Positions 58,386 to 64,000 of a DNA stretch of 64,000 nucleotides are shown here, piece after piece. A program made the position numbers and the translations under genes. The DNA comes from Octopus vulgaris (Eukaryota), in contig OX597823.1 of assembly GCA_951406725.2 (NCBI GenBank), forward strand, positions 8,184,001 to 8,248,000, given 5' to 3'. Within the stretch, counting starts at the first letter, position 1, and each line of letters starts with the position of its first letter. The notes beneath the pieces were generated by a model. The model was not told the origin of the DNA and did not search any database. It saw only the letters and a list, made by a program, of their open reading frames with translations.

Positions 58386-58528
58386 ACTGAGTTCAAATTC
58401 CGCCGAGGTCGACTTTGCCTTTCATCCTTTCGGGATCGATAAAATAAGTACCTGTTACGTACTGGGATCGATCTAATCGACTGACCCCCTCCTCCAAAAT
58501 TTCGGGCCTTGTGCATTGAGTAGAAAAA
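58386..58528 (+). mobile_element. SINE family B 3' part (tail 2)
   Basis: B box, core and CAAAATTTCGGGCCTTGTGC tail. Confidence 0.8.
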
Positions 58529-58653
58529 TATTGGGCGTGTTACATCATTCGCGTGGTGACATCTACGAAGAAACCTATTTGTCGAACACAAACTCAGAAT
58601 TACTCACATCTTTCTATCTATCAAACATAAGATATTCCTGCAGGTTATAATAA

Positions 58654-58905
58654 TGTCGCTAGAAGCTAGGATCAACCAAGCATAGAGTGGCATATTTTGG
58701 TCATATTATGCGGAGAAAAATCCATGGAGAAGGACATCATGGTCGGAATGGTCAGTGGCAAGAGAGGAAGAGGCCGACCAAGAACCCGCTGGCTTGACAC
58801 CGGAATGGACATAGCCAATCTGAAAGAAGCGGCCCAGGAAAGAACTGACTGGAGGACACTGACCCATCGAGTAACCGAGAGTCGACATCAACTGAGCGGA
58901 TAGAG
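58654..58905 (+). mobile_element. RTE LINE 3' fragment
   Basis: Same family as 3016-3503 (GKRGRGRPRTRWLD). Confidence 0.88.
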
Positions 58906-59640
58906 AGAGATAAAATAAACAATGCTCTCTCTCTCTCCTAAGATACAAAAATATTAAGAAACAGTTAAGTGTCATTGTTTTTTTCCATCACTCTAAATAC
59001 TCGGACATCCTTCAATGGATTCATGCTGCCTAGTATCAGTGGAAAATACATTGCCTGGGCATTACTGAAATCATGGCTATTTCCTATGAGTTAGCTCATA
59101 ATGGTAATGTCCCACAGCGTAGGCTGTATTTAAATATTTATGTATTATTTTTTTCCTTTCCAGTTTCTATACAGCCAATACCATTATCCATTATTTCAAC
59201 TTCAGTTAATGATTATGTATTCTATTTATGTCTATACCTATATATAAATCATGGAGACAATAGTCTCATTACTAGAAAATATTCAACTTTATTCCTGTTT
59301 CCCGTTCAGTTACTCACCAATATGACTATGATAGCAATTTATATCGATGACTTTGTCTTTATATCTTTTATCTCTTAATAGAAATCAGTTTTTAACTACG
59401 ATTTTCAAATGAATAAATAAAGTCATCTTTATTTTCTGATGATGTCTAATAAGCAAAGTTCTATTTAGTATTATTACTTTTACTCTCATTCGTTAGTGGA
59501 ATTTGTATATCTTAATATTTTATTTGTTACTCAATGTTGCAGTTGTGCTGTTCGGAATGTTAGTAGTTATATGATTCCGTATATACTTACAATTTTCGTC
59601 AAATATTTGTTAGTTTTATGTTTGTTCGAGACTACTGCTG

Positions 59641-59714
<74 letters not shown>

Positions 59715-59719
59715 TTGTC

Positions 59720-59749
<30 letters not shown>

Positions 59750-59754
<5 letters not shown>

Positions 59755-59855
59755 TTGTCTTATGATTATCACATGCTTTCACCGCCCTACGGGGCGCAGC
59801 TCTGTGTGCCTTGGATATGTGATGTGGTTTGCTTTGGTGATTTTATTTTTACTGT
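59750..59855 (-). mobile_element. R4/Dong-like 3' UTR fragment in (TTA)n
   Basis: GCGCAGCTCTGTGTGCCTTGG is shared with the 25134 and 36084 copies. Confidence 0.7.
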
Positions 59856-59859
59856 ATTA

Positions 59860-59891
<32 letters not shown>

Positions 59892-60429
59892 GTTGTTGTT
59901 GTTGTTGTTGCTGCTGCTGTTGTTGGAAACATTGTTTTGCTTTATTTGCTTTTGTACATTTTGCTACATAAGCATCTCTACTTCAACATGTGAAGAGGAG
60001 TGATGGACAGTAAGTGTAGGCATGAAGGGGCGCCTCTGTTACTAAAAAAAAAAATCTTAAATCCCCCTATCATAATTATTAACGTTTAAAATACGAGCGA
60101 AACCAGAACGCACGCTCATTGCACTATATGAGGTGATTGGAGCTAAAAGGATTCCTCTGACCACGACACTAAATAGTATTGGCTTCTCTTGACTCAACTC
60201 AAACATTACCAGCAATGACAGGAAAACAGATGAGTACGAGAACAATGATAGTAGTAGTAGTAGTAGTAGTAGTAGTAGCAGCAACAACAACATCAGTAAA
60301 GACGAAAACAAAATAAGTACTGGGGACGACTCCACGGACAGGCAATATTTTGCTGGTCTGGAGGTGAACAAAATACTTCTCGCTCCCTCTAAATGACAAG
60401 GGGGTGCGCCTGGCACAGGTGGTACAACA

Positions 60430-60985
60430 TGTGAAAGTGAATGGTGACGCGAATTTAAGTTTCAATCCCAGTCGAGGTATTGACAGAAACTCAGAAGGTA
60501 GAGTTGTACCACTGTATGTCGGCAAAAACTCGACACCGAGAAGTAGCATCATACACGCAGATGGAAAGGGCTGTCAAAGATATATGAATAGATATAACAC
60601 ATGTAAGCAGGGGGAAGCAGTTTGGGAGCGTGGAGGTATTATCAAAAGCGATGTTCTCGTCTTGAGGCACACAATAGTTCCCATATGCGGCTGGGAACTC
60701 ACCCTTTATCCAACACATTTAGGAAAGAGAACCTCTTGTTAAGATAGAGCTCCACCGGAGTTGGATATCTAATGGACTTTGGTCAGTGTTTTCTTGAAGG
60801 CTGCGACACCCGCCTCGACGTAAAGCGAAACATCGTGGAGAACCTTCTCCGCATCAAATAGGATGATGTGGAGATAGTATCAGAACTTATCCACCTACTC
60901 AGAAGAGCGGAGCTGTTTATTGCAGTTGAGGACAGAAGGAATAATGTCTCTTATGTGGTGCTGAACACGACTTCAGCACTTTCTG
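60430..60985 (+). pseudogene. decayed L1/Tx1-like ORF1 with CCHC knuckle
   Basis: ...HVSRGKQFGSVEV...LYPTHLGKRTS...FIAVEDRR, then CLLCGAEHDFSTF* (C-x2-C-x4-H-x4-C with H>D and C>stop). Confidence 0.5.
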
Positions 60986-61074
60986 AACAAAAAATAAGGT
61001 TTCCTGATACATCCCGCTCTTAAATGTATGCTCCACACATTAAGTATCCTAACTCTAATTTAAATATTGATTTC

Positions 61075-61255
61075 AAATTTTAGCACATGGCCAGCAAATT
61101 CGTGAGGATGGGGGTAAGTCGATTACATCGGTCCCAGTTGTCAGCTGGTACTTATTTTCTCTACCCTGAGGTAAAGTCGGCCTCGGCAGCATTTGAACTC
61201 GAAATGCCGCTTAGCATCTTTCCGGTGTGCTAACGATTCTGCCAACTTGTCACCT
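61075..61255 (-). mobile_element. diverged SINE family B
   Basis: Head, B box and tail remnants. Confidence 0.65.
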
Positions 61256-61661
61256 TAGATATTGGAAGCATATATTTGACAATTTTTTTTTTGTCTTTGG
61301 TTCTGGCATAAGTAGACGCAGTAAAAGTTCTGTTATCGTATCAGAATAATATACGATTTGAACTCTTTTCAGAGCAGAATAAATGACATGTTTAAATCTC
61401 AGTCCAAATTCATCCTTCAAATTTCCAGTACCTGTAAAATAAAGCATCTGAGATTAATACATTCCGAACTCATTGATACAAATAACCTTTTACTTCAGTC
61501 AGTAATCATGCAGTGATTTCCATGAAAGATGTGAGGTATTATAGAATAAGTTAGAGCTCCGCTCCCCAAGGCAGTTTACTTTATTGCTTAAGAAGTTGAC
61601 TACAACCGGATTTAAATTCGAGGCGTAAACTGACATAATTGCATACTATGAGGCAGTATTA

Positions 61662-62173
61662 CCGTAAATCCTCGAGTATAGTCCGCCCTTGAGTATAATA
61701 CGCAGGGTATTTTTAGGGGGCTGTACCTCTGAAAAACCTAAACCTTGTGTATAATACGCACCCTTTCTCTAACTTGAGTCAAGGAGGTCTATAAAACCTC
61801 CTTAGTTTGTAAAAATTTATACGGTAACATCCTTTATTATTATTGTATATATAACATAATGCAAATGTGGAGCTTTTTTATGCATTTTGTTTGCAGAAAA
61901 TAAAGAAATAACAGTAATAATGTTTAATAAATGTTGCTTATTGCAAGTTATGGATGATTCTTTTATGACTTCATTGCTTTCAGGCTTAGCTGAAGGTATT
62001 TTCGCGCCCGATATCACAAAATGCGTCTGAATAAACATTGCCGGACAGCAAATAGAGACTCGGACATTGCTTAGAAAATATTTTTCATTTTTAACCTCTT
62101 ATATAGTACGCACTAGGGATTTTGACCTTTAAATTTGGGGAAAAATATACGGATTATACTCGAGGATTTACGG
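61662..62173. mobile_element. non-autonomous pogo/Tc2-like MITE
   Basis: TIRs CCGTAAATCCTCGAGTATAGTCCG / CGGATTATACTCGAGGATTTACGG, TA TSD. Confidence 0.9.
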
Positions 62174-63240
62174 TATGTACGCCGCTCTACAAATATTGTG
62201 TGAATGTTTCTCACCTTATTGAATTAACTGAACGTTATAAATATTGAACGGAAAAGGTAAAGAAGAAAATGTACCTTTAAGCGAGCAAGGGTGTAGTTCT
62301 GGGTTTGAAAATGCTTCGAAAAAAGCTCGCTTCACCTCTTACAAGAATCCGACCCCACGCCCAAGAGACAAAGAAATAAAACAAAAACTAAACGATTTAA
62401 TCTTTCAATAGGAACTGGAACATTTACTGCAATCATTTCTGCTTTTCGATGATTTCGATATGTGGTCTTCGCAATCGGGAATCCCTTATTTTAAGGTCAT
62501 ACATTAATCATAGAAATAATTGTCACGTTTGGGGATCAAACCGGCTAATTTCCATAATAACTCCTTTTCTGTTATAAAAGACATAGGTGATACAATGTTA
62601 ATTTTGATTGGTTTAATATTTTCAGCTGCAGCAAACACCAATAGAATGAAAACAAGGTATTTATAACGTGTGTGACATTAGCGAGGACAGTATATATTTT
62701 TATGAGTTTTCCATTTTCAAGGGACACGAATATTTTGATTGTTTTGTGCTGCAATCGTTGGCAAAGCTCATTCGGATATGTGCACTTAACGTCTTTCTCT
62801 AGAACTTAAATATATTTGTTTTATATCTTTGTTGGTAGGCTATTTATGTAATATAGTATTTCTATTCAGGGCAGAAGCAGTTTCCGAACGTATGATTCAC
62901 GTCATCCATCTATTTTCTCCTCACACACTTCCACCATTTTATGACATGCGTGTTATCATTATTGTTATGACAAATAAAATTTTTGCCAGTGTTAGAAATA
63001 ATGATCATGTTCATCATCATGATCATCATGATTATCACTACCACCACAGTCACTAATATCGATGCAAAATCCACCTCCACCGCTGCCGCCACTAGTAGCA
63101 GCACCACGACCACAACCACCACCACCAACGTCATCATCATCATCATCATCGCCACCGTCATCGTCGTCGTCGTCGTCACAATGTTTACTTTTGGGCATTG
63201 TATTTTATATTATCTTTAAAATACATAACATATAGCATAT

Positions 63241-63281
63241 AGGGGTAGGAGTGGCTGTGTGGTAAGTAGCTTGCTTACCAA
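63241..63281 (+). mobile_element. SINE family A head, truncated by an insertion
   Basis: GGAGTGGCTGTGTGGTAAGTAGCTTGCTTACCAA, then unrelated sequence. Confidence 0.85.
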
Positions 63282-63580
63282 ACAGACGTGCTGTTTTTTG
63301 CTCCGGCAAATGTCACGTGTTAACGTGAATTATTGAACATTTTACGGCAACAGGTAGGACATTTTGGATATTTTTGGAAGCATAGTGAGGTTTGTTGCAT
63401 GCCGTTAATACTTTTTTGGCATTAATGTTAATTAGTGTTAACACTTTTCTGCGCGTAACAAGCTTCACTTTGCTTCGGAGGTATTTGTTCTGCCTGTTGG
63501 CATATTTATTGTCTCGCCTTTTAGTGAGAATTGTGTGTTTTGAGAGGCATAGCCCCTCCTCAAAAATTAATTTTTTCGCT

Positions 63581-63667
63581 TGTATTTACCACGGAGAACC
63601 AATTGTGCTTGGATTTACCACGGAGAACCATTTGTGCTTGGATTTACCACGGAGAACCAAGTGTGCT
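63581..63667. repeat. 29-bp tandem repeat x3 in a putative LINE 5' UTR
   Basis: TGGATTTACCACGGAGAACCATTTGTGCT units, no spacers. Confidence 0.9.
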
Positions 63668-63806
63668 GCAACTGGAGTACCCTGTTTCGTGAGGATTACC
63701 AGTTGCAGAACTGTGTTGCCATTATTTGAACTGTCTTCCTTCGTCCTTTTCTCTGCTCTGTCTTTCTGTTCTGTCATTGTGTTTTTCTTATTATTGGACT
63801 TTTGTT

Positions 63807-64000
63807 ATGGCAAAAAAGGAGTTAACCATATGGGAGTTAACACCTCCGAAGGGTTACCTGAAGGAGCTGGAGGACAAAACCGTGGTGTTGAGGACTTATT
63901 CAAAGTCACTCAACACCATAATGGTTTTTCCGAAAGCCACTATTATGAACGAGCTGGCAGACTATATGCCAGCCGTTAAATACATTCAACGGAGAGCCAA
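63807..64000 (+). CDS. start of a putative L1/Tx1-like ORF1, open to the window edge
   Basis: MAKKELTIWELTPPKGYLKELEDKTVVLRTYSKSLNTIMVFPKATIMNELADYMPAVKYIQRRA, no stop; preceded by a ~525-bp leader beginning ACAGACGTG; weak resemblance to the 60430 remnant. Confidence 0.5.
   Translation, partial: MAKKELTIWELTPPKGYLKELEDKTVVLRTYSKSLNTIMVFPKATIMNELADYMPAVKYIQRRA

Noticed and set aside
63581-63667. 29-bp repeats as a CRISPR array
   Set aside because: Head-to-tail with no spacers, no cas genes, eukaryotic context.
63392-63979. 195-aa ORF from the track
   Set aside because: Non-ATG start, runs through tandem repeats; the overlapping frame from 63807 is more plausible.

Overview
AT-rich eukaryotic DNA saturated with microsatellites and transposable elements. 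The SINE families look to me like those of an octopus/coleoid cephalopod (inference from recognition, not from a search). I see no intact host protein-coding gene; most long ORFs in the track are microsatellite artefacts. Contents: (1) an almost perfect U6 snRNA at the left edge, fused directly to the 3' half of a SINE; (2) many copies of three tRNA-derived SINE families (called A, B, C here), including 184-bp concatemers and a near-identical inverted pair; (3) LINE fragments (RTE/BovB-like, R4/Dong-like in TAA/TACA tracts, CR1/L2-like, L1/Tx1-like, including a possibly intact 5' end at the right edge); (4) a Penelope-like element with a GIY-YIG remnant and an inverted pLTR; (5) mariner, Tc1, pogo/Tc2-like and Helitron elements; (6) decayed Sushi-like and EGF-like exons. 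Best lead: four unrelated type I hammerhead-ribozyme motifs in short segments embedded in or next to (TA)n tracts, one with an intact core sitting in the loop of a 162-bp inverted repeat. This suggests a microsatellite-associated Penelope/retrozyme-like system.
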